From positions 256,001 to 320,000 of the forward strand of contig CAXXMV010000006.1 in NCBI GenBank assembly GCA_963662285.2: a stretch of 64,000 nt of DNA. The letters are read 5' to 3'. The notes below the pieces were generated by a model. The model worked only from the letters and a program-made list of their open reading frames with translations. It searched no databases and was not told the DNA's origin. The translations under genes were made by a program, and so were the position numbers. The DNA comes from a bacterium (GTDB lineage Bacteria > Hinthialibacterota > Hinthialibacteria > Hinthialibacterales > Hinthialibacteraceae). Shown piece by piece: positions 50,501 to 60,595 of the stretch (positions are counted from its first letter, which is position 1; every line of letters starts with the position of its first letter).

Positions 50501-52718
50501 TCCAACCATGGAATTAGGTGTTGATATTGCTCAGCTTAATGTTGTCAATATGAGAAACGTGCCCCCAACACCAGCAAACTACGCTCAACGCAGTGGTAGG
50601 GCCGGTCGAAGTGGACAACCTGCTCTTGTTTATACCTATTGTTCTGGATTTAGCCCGCACGATCAGTATTATTTTCGAAATCCTGAGCGAATGGTATCAG
50701 GAGCTGTTACTGCACCACGTCTTGATTTATTGAATCGAGATCTACTAGAAGCTCACATCCATGGTATTTGGCTTTCTGAGGTCTCGCTGAACTTAGGTTC
50801 AACACTTGCAGATATTTTAATTGTTACGGAAGATGATCTCTCTCTTCCTTTAAAAGAACAAGTTCAAGAGAAACTAGCAGATGCCAGTTCAAAACTCAAA
50901 GCAATGCAACGAGCCAAACATCTTATAGATAGTATTGGTCCAGAACTCAATGAGACATCATGGTACAGAGATGATTGGTTGGACGATGTCTTTCGAAGGC
51001 TGCAACAACGATTTGATGATGCATGCAACCGTTGGCGTAGTTTGTACCGAGCAGCCGTACAACAGCGGCAATTGCAAAATCGAATCATCGGTGACCATTC
51101 ACGACAGCAGGCGGATCGTGATCGAGCAAAGAGACTTCGCGCACAAGCAGAATCTCAAATAAGTTTGTTAACAAATCCTCAAAACGCCCGAGAGGGAGAT
51201 TTCTATAGTTATCGCTATTTTGCCAGTGAAGGTTTCTTGCCAGGATATAACTTTCCTCGATTACCTCTATCTGCTTTTATTCCCGCTCGTCGTGGTAGGC
51301 GTGGTAGGGACGAATATTTATCACGACCTCGATTCTTAGCCATTGCAGAATTTGGACCACGTGCGATGGTATATCATGAAGGATCGCGGTATCGAATCAA
51401 CAAAGTCAACCTCGCATTTGATGAGGAAACCCAAGAATTAACACAATTCGCAATGAAGGTTTGCTCTTTATGTGGGTATGGGCATTTTGTTGCGAATGGA
51501 CCAGGACCAGATAATTGCGAGAGTTGCGGGAAAGCATTATTGCCAACGGATGAAATACGTGAGATGGTACGTTTGCAAAATGTTACAGCAAAACGGGCAG
51601 ATAGAATAACATCGGAGGAGGAGGAACGGCAACGAATTGGTTATGAAGTTGTAAGTACATTTGAGTTTTCAAAAATAAATGGAGAAGTTGATTTTCGTCG
51701 TGCTGAAGTAACAACAGGCGGGCAAAGGATCGCCACAATGCGTTATGGCGATGCAGCAACGATATGGCGAATCAATCTAGGTTGGCGAAAGAGGCGACAT
51801 CAATCAGAACATGGTTTTTTGCTTGATGTAGAACGAGGATATTGGGCAACAAATCGAGATGCAGATGATGCTGATCAAGAAGATCCAATGTCAGGACGTG
51901 TTAGAAGAGTGGTTCCCTATGTCCAGGATAGTCGTAATGCCATGACCTTTGAACTTGAGGGCAAACAAGACCTTAAAGTAATGGCGACTCTTCAGGCAGC
52001 ATTAAAACAGGGAATTCAACTACTCTACCAACTTGAGCCAAATGAACTTGCTGTAGATCCTCTCCCTAATACCGATAATCGTAATCAACTCTTTTTTTAT
52101 GAAGCATCAGAAGGTGGCGCTGGTGTTCTTCGTCTGATTGCAGAAGAACCTCAGGCTATTTCTAATATTGCGAAAGCGGCGCTTGCTATTTGTCATTTCA
52201 ATCCTGAGACTGGTGAAGACCTTGCTACGGATGCCTGCGCAGCTGCGTGTTATGACTGTCTGTTAGAATATGGTAATCAAATGGATCACCGTAACATTGA
52301 CAGACAGTTAGTCCTTCCACTTTTACAAGCACTAACCACTTCTACAACGGCAATTTCAGGTTCGCGACGTAGTCGAGTGGATCACCTGGATGAATTGATG
52401 CGCCTTTGTGACTCAGAATTAGAGAGAAAGTGGCTTAAGCGTGTTCATGAATCACAACTTAGACTTCCCACACACGCCCAATACCTTATTTCATCATGTT
52501 CTACTCGACCTGACTTTTTCTACGCGGATGCGAATGCGACTGTGTATATCGACGGTCCAATTCATGATGAGCCAGATGAAAAGATAAATGATGAACAAAT
52601 CACAGGGCGGCTTATTGATGCAGGATACTTAGTAATCCGGTTTCATCATGCCACTGATTGGAACAAGATATTTGATGACTATCGCGATATATTTGGCCAA
52701 AGAAAGGAAACCGTATGA
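47538..52718 (+). CDS. DEAD/DEAH helicase with DUF1998 and C-terminal DUF559/Vsr-like nuclease (DrmA+DrmB-like fusion)
   Basis: TGTGSGKS, YPMNALANSQ, DELH, SPTMELGVD, QRSGRAGR; EASEGGAG, C.AACYDCL..Y.NQ..H; SELE...PDFFY...IDGPIH. Confidence 0.9.
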   Translation: MMDVFELHKGLIADYAAYTKSFIRIADKRISDSVDQEIRGGLLWPEPLLQLNPSFEPGANIDDLIKEEILHEDCGKIFRIKKDENDFGIPLRLHRHQDTAIRIASRDEPYVLTTGTGSGKSLSYIIPAVDYILKTGSGKGIIAIVVYPMNALANSQREELDKFLSRGFDADSIPVTYARYTGQEGEQERERILQHPPDILLTNYVMLELILTRIEERKLVEHAGNVRFLVFDELHTYRGRQGADVAMLIRRCRESFQSKSMHCVGTSATMASTGSSLEQAQIVAEISSKIFGELVPVQNVIGETLRRTTQEFNFSDESIISSLRNTMLLQTIPTTQYEDFQNLPLASWIEETFGLCREQDTNKLVRQTPQPVRGEEGASSHLAELTGTETTLCEKAIQKYLDAGSHCRHPETDLPVFAFRLHQFISRGDTVWASLEPEDNRIITLKAQQYVPGDRNKILLPLVFCRHCGQPYYRVDRPARGQEGPIIPREEYAISVSDDLESGYLYISDDHPWTGEADDVLDRIPEEWIEIHRGERRIKRNQPVPEVMRIGTNGEEDAHGLVTAFVKAPFRFCLNPACRVTYNARQRSDVTKLATIGVDGRSTATTILALSTILKLRIDESLEPTARKLLSFTDNRQDASLQAGHFNDFVEVGLIRSALYRAMSKMGPKGLKYDELVQHVEQAINLPTYLYANDSELRGPALEETRRALRSVLSYYVYRDLQRGWRVTSPNLEQCGLLEFEYLGIDDLVNDQQYWQEKEAHPMLVAATSEQRKNIIRILLDHIRRSLVVKEDALNSNYQERICEQSRQRLCEPWVIEDSRDMVQSGVAWPRGRIDRERSEDICISSRSNFGLLLRKRGILPDLGDPLSLETIGEIIPDLFRCLKPWGLVEEVRSAPDKSDVPGYQLPASIMIWKPGDGTNPMVDPLRIIQQSEVETEGNKYFVEFYKTFADIGAGLEGREHTAQVQSDARLDREERFRKAELPILFCSPTMELGVDIAQLNVVNMRNVPPTPANYAQRSGRAGRSGQPALVYTYCSGFSPHDQYYFRNPERMVSGAVTAPRLDLLNRDLLEAHIHGIWLSEVSLNLGSTLADILIVTEDDLSLPLKEQVQEKLADASSKLKAMQRAKHLIDSIGPELNETSWYRDDWLDDVFRRLQQRFDDACNRWRSLYRAAVQQRQLQNRIIGDHSRQQADRDRAKRLRAQAESQISLLTNPQNAREGDFYSYRYFASEGFLPGYNFPRLPLSAFIPARRGRRGRDEYLSRPRFLAIAEFGPRAMVYHEGSRYRINKVNLAFDEETQELTQFAMKVCSLCGYGHFVANGPGPDNCESCGKALLPTDEIREMVRLQNVTAKRADRITSEEEERQRIGYEVVSTFEFSKINGEVDFRRAEVTTGGQRIATMRYGDAATIWRINLGWRKRRHQSEHGFLLDVERGYWATNRDADDADQEDPMSGRVRRVVPYVQDSRNAMTFELEGKQDLKVMATLQAALKQGIQLLYQLEPNELAVDPLPNTDNRNQLFFYEASEGGAGVLRLIAEEPQAISNIAKAALAICHFNPETGEDLATDACAAACYDCLLEYGNQMDHRNIDRQLVLPLLQALTTSTTAISGSRRSRVDHLDELMRLCDSELERKWLKRVHESQLRLPTHAQYLISSCSTRPDFFYADANATVYIDGPIHDEPDEKINDEQITGRLIDAGYLVIRFHHATDWNKIFDDYRDIFGQRKETV

Positions 52719-55552
52719 CAACGTTGTTTCAGCCAGGAGTGCTAGTTAAAGCCCGTGGCCGCGAATGGGTTGTATTACCGGATTCAAGTAACAATGTCCT
52801 CATGGTCAGACCCATAGGAGGTCTCGACGATGAAGTGATTGGGATTTGTACATCAATTGAAGATGTGCAGTCCGCATCGTTTACGCTACCGAATTGGGAT
52901 ATCCCAGGTGATTTTAATTCTTGCCGGTTGCTTAGAGATGCTGCAAGAATATCAACTCGTTCCGCCGCTGGGCCATTTCGTAGTTTTGGAAAAATTGCCG
53001 TCGAACCAAGACCCTATCAACTCGTTCCCTTGTTGATGGCTCTTCGGCTTGATCCTATTAGGCTTTTAATTGCCGACGATGTGGGAATTGGAAAAACAAT
53101 AGAGGCGTGCCTAATAGCAAAAGAACTTATCGAGCGGGGTGAAATTGTACGGATGGCGATTCTTTGCCCACCGCATTTAGCAGAACAATGGCAAAAAGAA
53201 CTGTCAGAAAAATTCCACATCGAAACAGAAACAGTCCTTAGCTCAACTGTACAACGACTTGAACGAGGACTCCGTCCAGGAGAATCACTTTTTCAACGAT
53301 ATCCTCACGTCATTATTTCAACTGATTTTATAAAATCCACACGACACAGGGATGATTTTCTACGAGAATGTCCAGAGCTGGTGATCGTTGACGAGGCCCA
53401 CACATGTACTCTTGCAGGACAGATCGGACGAGCTCGACAAGCAAGATTCGAACTAATAAGACAAATTGCATCTAATGAAGACCGACACTTGATTCTAGTA
53501 ACGGCAACTCCGCATAGTGGAAACGAGGATGCGTTTCGATCACTTCTTTCATTGGTCGATACAAAATTCGCCGATTTGCCTCGCGATATAGAATCTGAGA
53601 GCCGTTCAGCGCTTCGGATTGAATTAGCCAAACATTTAGTCCAACGACTTCGCGGGAACGTGATTGCGATGGACGAGGAATTGAATATAGAAACTTCTTT
53701 TCCAGAGCGTGAAGATGCGGAAGAGACTTACACGCTTTCACCAGAATATAAATCATTGTTTGCGAAAATATTAGATTTTGCAAGCGAATTAGTAAGCGAT
53801 GAATCGGGCAACAAGCGCAACCGTAGAGTCCGATGGTGGTCGGCATTAGCACTCCTTCGCGCTATGGCTTCAAGTCCGGCTGCTGCTGCCGCGACGCTTC
53901 GAAACCGATCTGTAACAGCCAAAACCGAAAACGATGAGGATATAGAAGAACTAGGGCGTCGAGCGGTGCTTGACCAGGAGGAACTTGAGATTACCGAAGT
54001 CTTCGACATGACTCCTGGCAGCAATCCGTCGGAGGAAGAAGAAAGCCAAGTAAGCCAACGTCTGAAACGGCTCGCTCGTGAAGCGGAAAAACTAGTTGGA
54101 GCCAAAGACGCCAAATTGCAAAAAGCGATCAAACTTGTAAAGAACCTTGTAAAAGACGGATACAGTCCAATCCTATTCTGCCGTTTTATCGATACGGCGG
54201 AATATGTCGCCGGTCAACTTCGTGAAGCATTAAACAAAGTTGAAATAATGGCTGTAACGGGCACTCTGCCGCCGAAGGAAAGAGAAGACCGGATTGCGAC
54301 ACTTTCAGAATTTGATAAACGTGTTTTGGTTTGTACGGATTGCTTGAGTGAAGGTATCAATCTTCAGATGGCATTTAACGCAGTAATCCATTACGATCTA
54401 TCTTGGAATCCTACGCGGCACGAGCAGCGAGAAGGCCGTGTGGATCGTTTTGGTCAGGCCAAAAAGACTGTTCGCGTTCTAACATATTTCGGTGTCAACA
54501 ACCAAATCGATGGAATCGTTCTGGATGTACTATTGCGCAAGCACAAGAAAATTAAGAGCGATCTAGGTATTTCTATTGCTGTTCCTGGTGGAAGCGAAGA
54601 TGTTATAAAAGCTTTATTTGAAGGCATGCAATTGCGCGGAGGACAAAAACAGAATTATGAACAGTTCCTTCCTGGTATGGAACCTATCAAAGAGGATTTG
54701 CATTCCCGCTGGGAAGATGCGAGGGAAAAAGAAGTACGTTCGCGTTCTCGGTTCGCTCAGCACGCCATAAAAACAGGTGAAGTAAAAGCGGAATTAGATT
54801 CAGTAAGTGAGGCCATTGGTACTGGCCCAACTATCCAACAGTTTTTCAGTAATGTCCTCCATCTAGCTGGAGTACCAGTAACAAAGAAGGCTAATGAAAT
54901 AGTTGAGGCTTCGATTTCAAACGAAACCAGTCGAGCCCTTCGACATGCGATTGCGCAGGAAAAGCCATTCATGGGGCGATTCAACCTTCCTGTTGAAGAC
55001 AATGTTCTATACCTCAGTCGTACTCATCCAATAATTGAGGGACTAGCAACCTACACGTTAGAAACTGCTTTGGATGATGTTCAAGCGGAAGGCGAAGCAA
55101 CCATTGCCCGGCGATGCGGCGTAACTAAAACAAAAGATGTATCAGAGAAAACATCTATTCTTGTTGTTCGCTTTCGATATCAGCTTCACGTACAACGCAG
55201 GGGAGAGTCCAACGATCCGCTATTAGCGGAGGAAGTTCGTACGCTTGCGTTTACCGGCTCATTTTCGGAACCGGTTTGGCTGCCTGAACACGAGACAAAA
55301 CGCCTTTTGGATATGAATCCAAGTGGAAATCTTCCCATCTCGCTGGTTAAGCAGCAACTTCAACACTTTATCGGTAATGTGGATTCTTTTCGTAATCAAA
55401 TTAACGAGATTGCGAAACAACGTTCTAAAATCCTGCAAGATTCCCACACTAAAGTCCGGCGTAGCGCAAAAATGGCGGGGCGCGTTCGTGTTGAAACCAT
55501 GCTGCCAGTGGATATTCTCGGTTGCTTTATTTTACTGCCAGACAGTAATTGA
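52715..55552 (+). CDS. SNF2-family helicase (DrmD-like)
   Basis: PRPYQ, ADDVGIGKT, DEAH, TATPHSG, SEGINLQ, WNP..EQREGRVDRFGQ; 4-bp overlap with the upstream gene. Confidence 0.92.
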   Translation: MTTLFQPGVLVKARGREWVVLPDSSNNVLMVRPIGGLDDEVIGICTSIEDVQSASFTLPNWDIPGDFNSCRLLRDAARISTRSAAGPFRSFGKIAVEPRPYQLVPLLMALRLDPIRLLIADDVGIGKTIEACLIAKELIERGEIVRMAILCPPHLAEQWQKELSEKFHIETETVLSSTVQRLERGLRPGESLFQRYPHVIISTDFIKSTRHRDDFLRECPELVIVDEAHTCTLAGQIGRARQARFELIRQIASNEDRHLILVTATPHSGNEDAFRSLLSLVDTKFADLPRDIESESRSALRIELAKHLVQRLRGNVIAMDEELNIETSFPEREDAEETYTLSPEYKSLFAKILDFASELVSDESGNKRNRRVRWWSALALLRAMASSPAAAAATLRNRSVTAKTENDEDIEELGRRAVLDQEELEITEVFDMTPGSNPSEEEESQVSQRLKRLAREAEKLVGAKDAKLQKAIKLVKNLVKDGYSPILFCRFIDTAEYVAGQLREALNKVEIMAVTGTLPPKEREDRIATLSEFDKRVLVCTDCLSEGINLQMAFNAVIHYDLSWNPTRHEQREGRVDRFGQAKKTVRVLTYFGVNNQIDGIVLDVLLRKHKKIKSDLGISIAVPGGSEDVIKALFEGMQLRGGQKQNYEQFLPGMEPIKEDLHSRWEDAREKEVRSRSRFAQHAIKTGEVKAELDSVSEAIGTGPTIQQFFSNVLHLAGVPVTKKANEIVEASISNETSRALRHAIAQEKPFMGRFNLPVEDNVLYLSRTHPIIEGLATYTLETALDDVQAEGEATIARRCGVTKTKDVSEKTSILVVRFRYQLHVQRRGESNDPLLAEEVRTLAFTGSFSEPVWLPEHETKRLLDMNPSGNLPISLVKQQLQHFIGNVDSFRNQINEIAKQRSKILQDSHTKVRRSAKMAGRVRVETMLPVDILGCFILLPDSN

Positions 55553-55570
55553 TTTCTGGAAGGATCGGCG

Positions 55571-58500
55571 ATGGCTAAAAGCATCAATCAATTTCAAACA
55601 ATTCGCTCAGAGGGCGCGGTGTTGCCTCCTGATATATTACAGAAGATCGCTTCCTTAAAAGCTGAGGGAGCCACGGCTGAAACCTATCATCTCCCCCCTG
55701 AAACCAAGATATCAGAAGCGATTAGTCAATCGTGGAACGCATTGCGCAGTCATTGGGGGCTTTTTCAGGAAATTCGATCTTCGATTTCAGATGACGATAC
55801 TGGAACCAAAGAAACCAATGAAAGATGGCTTTTACCTTTATTCAAGGAACTCGATTATGGCCGTTTGCTGACCGAAAAATCTCCTGTAATCGAGGAAAGA
55901 GTTTATCCCATCGAACGGTTTTACAACCATACTCCCATCCATTTAATTGGATGTAACTTGCCGCTTGACCGACGCACGAAAGGGGCGCGCGGCGCTGCCA
56001 CAGCCAGCCCTCATTCCATGGTTCAAGAGTTTTTAAACCGGAGCAACGAACATCTCTGGGCGTTTCTCAGCAACGGTCTTCAACTTCGCATCCTAAGAGA
56101 CAACGTCTCTCTTTCGCGCCAAGCCTACGTCGAGTTCGACCTGGAAGCCATGATGGAAGGCGAGGTTTATGCAGATTTTGCCCTCTTATGGCTGTTGTGT
56201 CATCAATCTCGCATCGAAGCGGAAAAAGCGGAAAATTGCTGGCTTGAAAAATGGAGTCATCTTGCACGGGAGCAAGGAACGCGTATTCTGAACAATCTGC
56301 GCAATGGCGTCGCCAGCGCAATCGAAGCGCTTGGCCAGGGTTTTATTGGTCACCCCAGAAACGACCGTCTTCGGCGGAAATTGCAGGAATCCGGCGAGTT
56401 ATCCAAAGAAGATTTTTATCGGCAATTGCTTCGCATTGTATACCGTTTGCTTTTTCTGTTTGTGGCGGAGGATCGTGAATTGCTCCATTCTCCCGATTCG
56501 CCTGAGGAAGCGTCTGATTTGTACGACAAGTATTACTCTATGCGCCGTTTACGGGATATGGCGTTGCGGATTCGCGGCTCCAAACATTCCGATCTTTGGC
56601 ATGGATTATCTCTTGTGTTTAACGCGCTAGGGCAAAAAGAAGGGTGTCCTGAATTAGGCCTTCCTGGACTCGGTTCATTTCTCTGGAATGAGAATAGCAC
56701 AAAAGACTTACTTGGCCCCTACCAGATTAATACAACCGAGAATAAGGATGAAGAAGTAGAACCTGTTTTTATTACAAATGACGATCTGTTACTTGCGATA
56801 AGAGCGATCGCTTATGTCGAACAAGACCGGGTTCTCCGAAGCGTGGACTATCGCAACTTGGGCAGCGAAGAACTTGGGAGTGTCTACGAATCGCTTTTAG
56901 AACTTCATCCCTCGATGCATGTTGAAGCAAAAGAATTCAAACTGACTACGGCGGCAGGCAATGAACGGAAAACTACTGGATCGTATTATACGCCGGACTC
57001 ACTTGTGCAATGCCTGCTCGATTCGGCATTAGACCCAGTAGTCGAGGAACGGTTGAAAGGGAAAAAAGGAGAAGAAGCAGAAGAAGCCTTACTTTCTCTT
57101 AAAGTCTGCGATCCCGCTTGCGGCAGTGGTCATTTTTTGATTGCGGCTGCTCACAGGCTTGCGCATCGTCTGGCGCGGGCGCGAACGGGAGAGATAGAGT
57201 CAAGCCCTGAAGATTACCAACACGCGCTTCGAGATGTGATTGGGCATTGTATTTATGGCGTGGATATTAATCCCATGGCGACCGAATTATGCAAAGTCAG
57301 CCTTTGGATGGAAGCGCTCGAACCAGGAAAACCCCTATCCTTTCTCGATCACCGTATTCATTGTGGTAATAGTCTGCTCGGAACAAGTCCACGATTGTTA
57401 TCTGAAGGAATACCGGACGATGCTTTCAAAGCAATTGAAGGCGATGATAAAGATATCTGTAAAACATATAAGCAGAGGAATAAAGAAGAAAAAGGCGAAA
57501 AGGGGAAAACAGGTGGACAAGAGTTCTTGTTTTCGGATGACGAATCCACATGGATAGATTTAGGAAATTTGGCCGCCAGTTATATGCAAATTGATACGAT
57601 CCAGGATGACGATATTGAGGGAATTCAAAAAAAACAAAAGCAATATGAGGATATGGTCAAATCAGACCAATATCTATTTGGCCGACTCCTAGCTGATGCA
57701 TGGTGCGCTGCGTTTGTTTGGGAGAAATCAAACGCTAAACGGGAAGCAGGATTTTATCCTATCACCCAAAGTGTCTTTGTAAATATTAAAAATAATCCTT
57801 ATTCATTATCTCCCGTTTACCAAAATGAAATAATAAAACTTGCTGATCAATACCAATTCTTTCATTGGCATTTAACTTACCCTGATGTATTCCATTTACC
57901 TGGAAAAAATCAATTACCTGAGAATGAACAAACTGGCTGGGATGGTGGATTTGATGTGATTCTAGGTAATCCACCATGGGAACGCATAAAGATGCAAGAG
58001 GATGAGTGGTTTGCATCAAGCCAACCCGACATCGCTAAGGCAAAAACAGCAGCCGCAAGACAAAGACTTATCGAGAATTTGGAATCAGAAGATCCATCCC
58101 TGTACAATCTATTCAAATTTCAAGAGCGACAAATCCAAGGGACAAACCATCTTATACGTTCTTCTGGACGCTATCCGCTGTGTGGTTGTGGTGAAATTAA
58201 CACTTACTCAATTTTTGCTGAGTTAAATACGTTTATTCTCGATAATCAAGGTATGCTAGGTTGTATTCTTCAAGCAGGCATTGCGACAGACAATACAACC
58301 CGATTCTTTTTTGAGAGTATTGTCAAGCGGAACCTACTTCATTCTCTTCTTTCTTTCGATAACATGGAAAGAATTTTCCCCGCTGTGAAGCCTTCTACGC
58401 GTTTTTGTCTCATCACTATTGGTGGCATCAATTGTCAGAATCTAAAATCCATTTCAATGGTCTTCTATGCACGAAGCATAGAAGAGGCATTTGACCCTAA

Positions 58501-59752
58501 ACGACGTTTTTTTCTTACTGCTGCTGATATATTTAACTTAAATCCCAACACACGTACGTGTCCTGTATTTCGTTCAAACCAAGATGCATCTCTAGTGGCT
58601 TCGATTTATAGACGCATTCCTGTTCTTGTCAACGAAGTTAGTAACACAAACGATTGGGGACTCAAAGTTAGGCGTATCTTCGACATGAATAAAAAAGTGA
58701 ACACTGACGCATGTACTTTATCAGAAGATTATCCACAACCTGACGATAACCTGTCTATGTATGAAGCAAAATTGGTAGATCAATTTAACCACCGAAAGCA
58801 ATACTACGAGCACAATAAAACAGTAAAATTCACCGTAAGTGAATTAGAAAATCCCTCGGAAGTTGTTAGACCAAGATATTGGATTCCGAAAGTATTTGTG
58901 GAATCACGTTTACCTTCGGAATGGCCATATAAGTGGTTGCTGACTTGGCAGGATGTGACTGATGTAAACACGATGGCTAGAACGGTGAGTTCCACTATAA
59001 TTCCTCGTGCTGGTTCTGATTTCACTTTAAGAGTTGGATTCCCTTATAACTACGGAATTCAAGGTGGATTATCTTTTGTTTCTGGCCTTAACTCATTCGT
59101 TTTCGATTATGTAAGTCGCCAAATGATTGGTGGGATTCATCTCTCAGACTATATTCTCAAACAACTTCCATTACCATCACCAAATTCTTACTCGGTATGT
59201 CCACACTGGCATACTAATATACCAGTTCTAAAGTGGATTCTTCTCCGTGTACTTGAACTGATATATACAGCATGGGATTTGGCACCGTTTTCCTCAGACT
59301 GCGGATACAAAGGGCCACCGTTTCGTTGGAATGAAGAGCGTAGATTTCTGCTTCAATGTGAATTGGATGCAGCCTACTTCTATATATATCTAGGCATTCC
59401 AAAAGAGTGGGATTCAAATAATCTTCAACTGATCGAAATGTTTCCATCTCCGCGCGAAGCAATCGATTACATTATGGATACCTTCCCTATCGTTAAACGC
59501 AAAGATATTGCCCGCACTGAAATTAAAAATGAGTCCGGAGAAATCATTCAAGAAGGACGTTATATTACCAAAGACACGATCCTAGAAATCTACGACGAGA
59601 TGCAAGCCGCCATTGATACTGGAAAGCCCTATCAAACTCGTTTAGATCCTCCCCCTGGTCCGCCAATTGATGATGAAGGAAATTTCATTCCTATGTCTCA
59701 ATGGGATAAAGATAACTGGCCATCACACATCCATCTTCCGAAAGAGCAATGA
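55571..59752 (+). CDS. Large N6-adenine DNA methyltransferase (DrmMI / type IIG-like)
   Basis: ELGSVYESLL, RKTTGSYYTP, DPACGSGHF (motif I), GVDIN, GNPPW (motif IV), C-terminal TRD region. Confidence 0.92.
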   Translation: MAKSINQFQTIRSEGAVLPPDILQKIASLKAEGATAETYHLPPETKISEAISQSWNALRSHWGLFQEIRSSISDDDTGTKETNERWLLPLFKELDYGRLLTEKSPVIEERVYPIERFYNHTPIHLIGCNLPLDRRTKGARGAATASPHSMVQEFLNRSNEHLWAFLSNGLQLRILRDNVSLSRQAYVEFDLEAMMEGEVYADFALLWLLCHQSRIEAEKAENCWLEKWSHLAREQGTRILNNLRNGVASAIEALGQGFIGHPRNDRLRRKLQESGELSKEDFYRQLLRIVYRLLFLFVAEDRELLHSPDSPEEASDLYDKYYSMRRLRDMALRIRGSKHSDLWHGLSLVFNALGQKEGCPELGLPGLGSFLWNENSTKDLLGPYQINTTENKDEEVEPVFITNDDLLLAIRAIAYVEQDRVLRSVDYRNLGSEELGSVYESLLELHPSMHVEAKEFKLTTAAGNERKTTGSYYTPDSLVQCLLDSALDPVVEERLKGKKGEEAEEALLSLKVCDPACGSGHFLIAAAHRLAHRLARARTGEIESSPEDYQHALRDVIGHCIYGVDINPMATELCKVSLWMEALEPGKPLSFLDHRIHCGNSLLGTSPRLLSEGIPDDAFKAIEGDDKDICKTYKQRNKEEKGEKGKTGGQEFLFSDDESTWIDLGNLAASYMQIDTIQDDDIEGIQKKQKQYEDMVKSDQYLFGRLLADAWCAAFVWEKSNAKREAGFYPITQSVFVNIKNNPYSLSPVYQNEIIKLADQYQFFHWHLTYPDVFHLPGKNQLPENEQTGWDGGFDVILGNPPWERIKMQEDEWFASSQPDIAKAKTAAARQRLIENLESEDPSLYNLFKFQERQIQGTNHLIRSSGRYPLCGCGEINTYSIFAELNTFILDNQGMLGCILQAGIATDNTTRFFFESIVKRNLLHSLLSFDNMERIFPAVKPSTRFCLITIGGINCQNLKSISMVFYARSIEEAFDPKRRFFLTAADIFNLNPNTRTCPVFRSNQDASLVASIYRRIPVLVNEVSNTNDWGLKVRRIFDMNKKVNTDACTLSEDYPQPDDNLSMYEAKLVDQFNHRKQYYEHNKTVKFTVSELENPSEVVRPRYWIPKVFVESRLPSEWPYKWLLTWQDVTDVNTMARTVSSTIIPRAGSDFTLRVGFPYNYGIQGGLSFVSGLNSFVFDYVSRQMIGGIHLSDYILKQLPLPSPNSYSVCPHWHTNIPVLKWILLRVLELIYTAWDLAPFSSDCGYKGPPFRWNEERRFLLQCELDAAYFYIYLGIPKEWDSNNLQLIEMFPSPREAIDYIMDTFPIVKRKDIARTEIKNESGEIIQEGRYITKDTILEIYDEMQAAIDTGKPYQTRLDPPPGPPIDDEGNFIPMSQWDKDNWPSHIHLPKEQ

Positions 59753-59767
59753 TCAAAGGAAATCAAA

Positions 59768-60595
59768 ATGCTGGAAAAAGATCAAATATATTCAACAAAT
59801 AATGTACTTGAAGAATGCCGACAACAATATCTAAATATGCACCCGAATTCAGATATTTTAGATGTGAAAGGTGAGCGCGGCCCGTTCGTTCATTTCTATG
59901 ATCCAAATGATGGATTAGTGGTTATCGGTAGCAAGTTCAATCCCAAAGATCAAGAGAATATTCCAGATAACATCGAATGCTCGTCACCCAACAATAGTCA
60001 CTATTTCGAATGTTTTCATCAACAAAATAGACCTATTCCATTTTTTCTGTATGAAGGAAAAAAGAGTTGGAAATATATTGGAATGTTTAAGCCTAATGGT
60101 GAAATTTCAAAAATTACTGAAAGAGAAATCTATTTGATCGAAGAAACACTGGAGGATGTACATGAATCGGATGAAGATAACGAAGTTGTTGTTTCGGATT
60201 TCGGTGCCGGTTTTGGTCACCCAACCAATAATAAGGAAGTAGAAGAAGCAGCTATTAATGTTGTGACAAATGAAATGGAAAGGAACGGCTGGACAGTTAT
60301 TTCTCGTGAATCAGATAGATGTGGTTACGACTTGGAGTGTTCAAAAGATGATGCTGTTAAACATATAGAAGTCAAAGGATGCAGTGGATCAAAACAATCA
60401 TTCTTCATAACCAGCGGTGAAGTCAAACGAGCAGAAACCGATCCCCTATTTGAATTAAGAGTTGTTACATCAGTATTGGCCAATCCGACTATTCATGAAT
60501 ATACGGGTGAGGAGTTTTTGAACCAATTCAATCTTAAACCAACACTATTTAATGCAAATCTAAAAATTGATAACAAAAACGGTTGTAAATCATGA
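59768..60595 (+). CDS. DUF3883 (NO VEIN C-terminal) PD-(D/E)xK nuclease domain protein
   Basis: VEEAAI..V.......GW.V...E....GYDL......HIEVKG.......IT.GE. Confidence 0.85.
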   Translation: MLEKDQIYSTNNVLEECRQQYLNMHPNSDILDVKGERGPFVHFYDPNDGLVVIGSKFNPKDQENIPDNIECSSPNNSHYFECFHQQNRPIPFFLYEGKKSWKYIGMFKPNGEISKITEREIYLIEETLEDVHESDEDNEVVVSDFGAGFGHPTNNKEVEEAAINVVTNEMERNGWTVISRESDRCGYDLECSKDDAVKHIEVKGCSGSKQSFFITSGEVKRAETDPLFELRVVTSVLANPTIHEYTGEEFLNQFNLKPTLFNANLKIDNKNGCKS

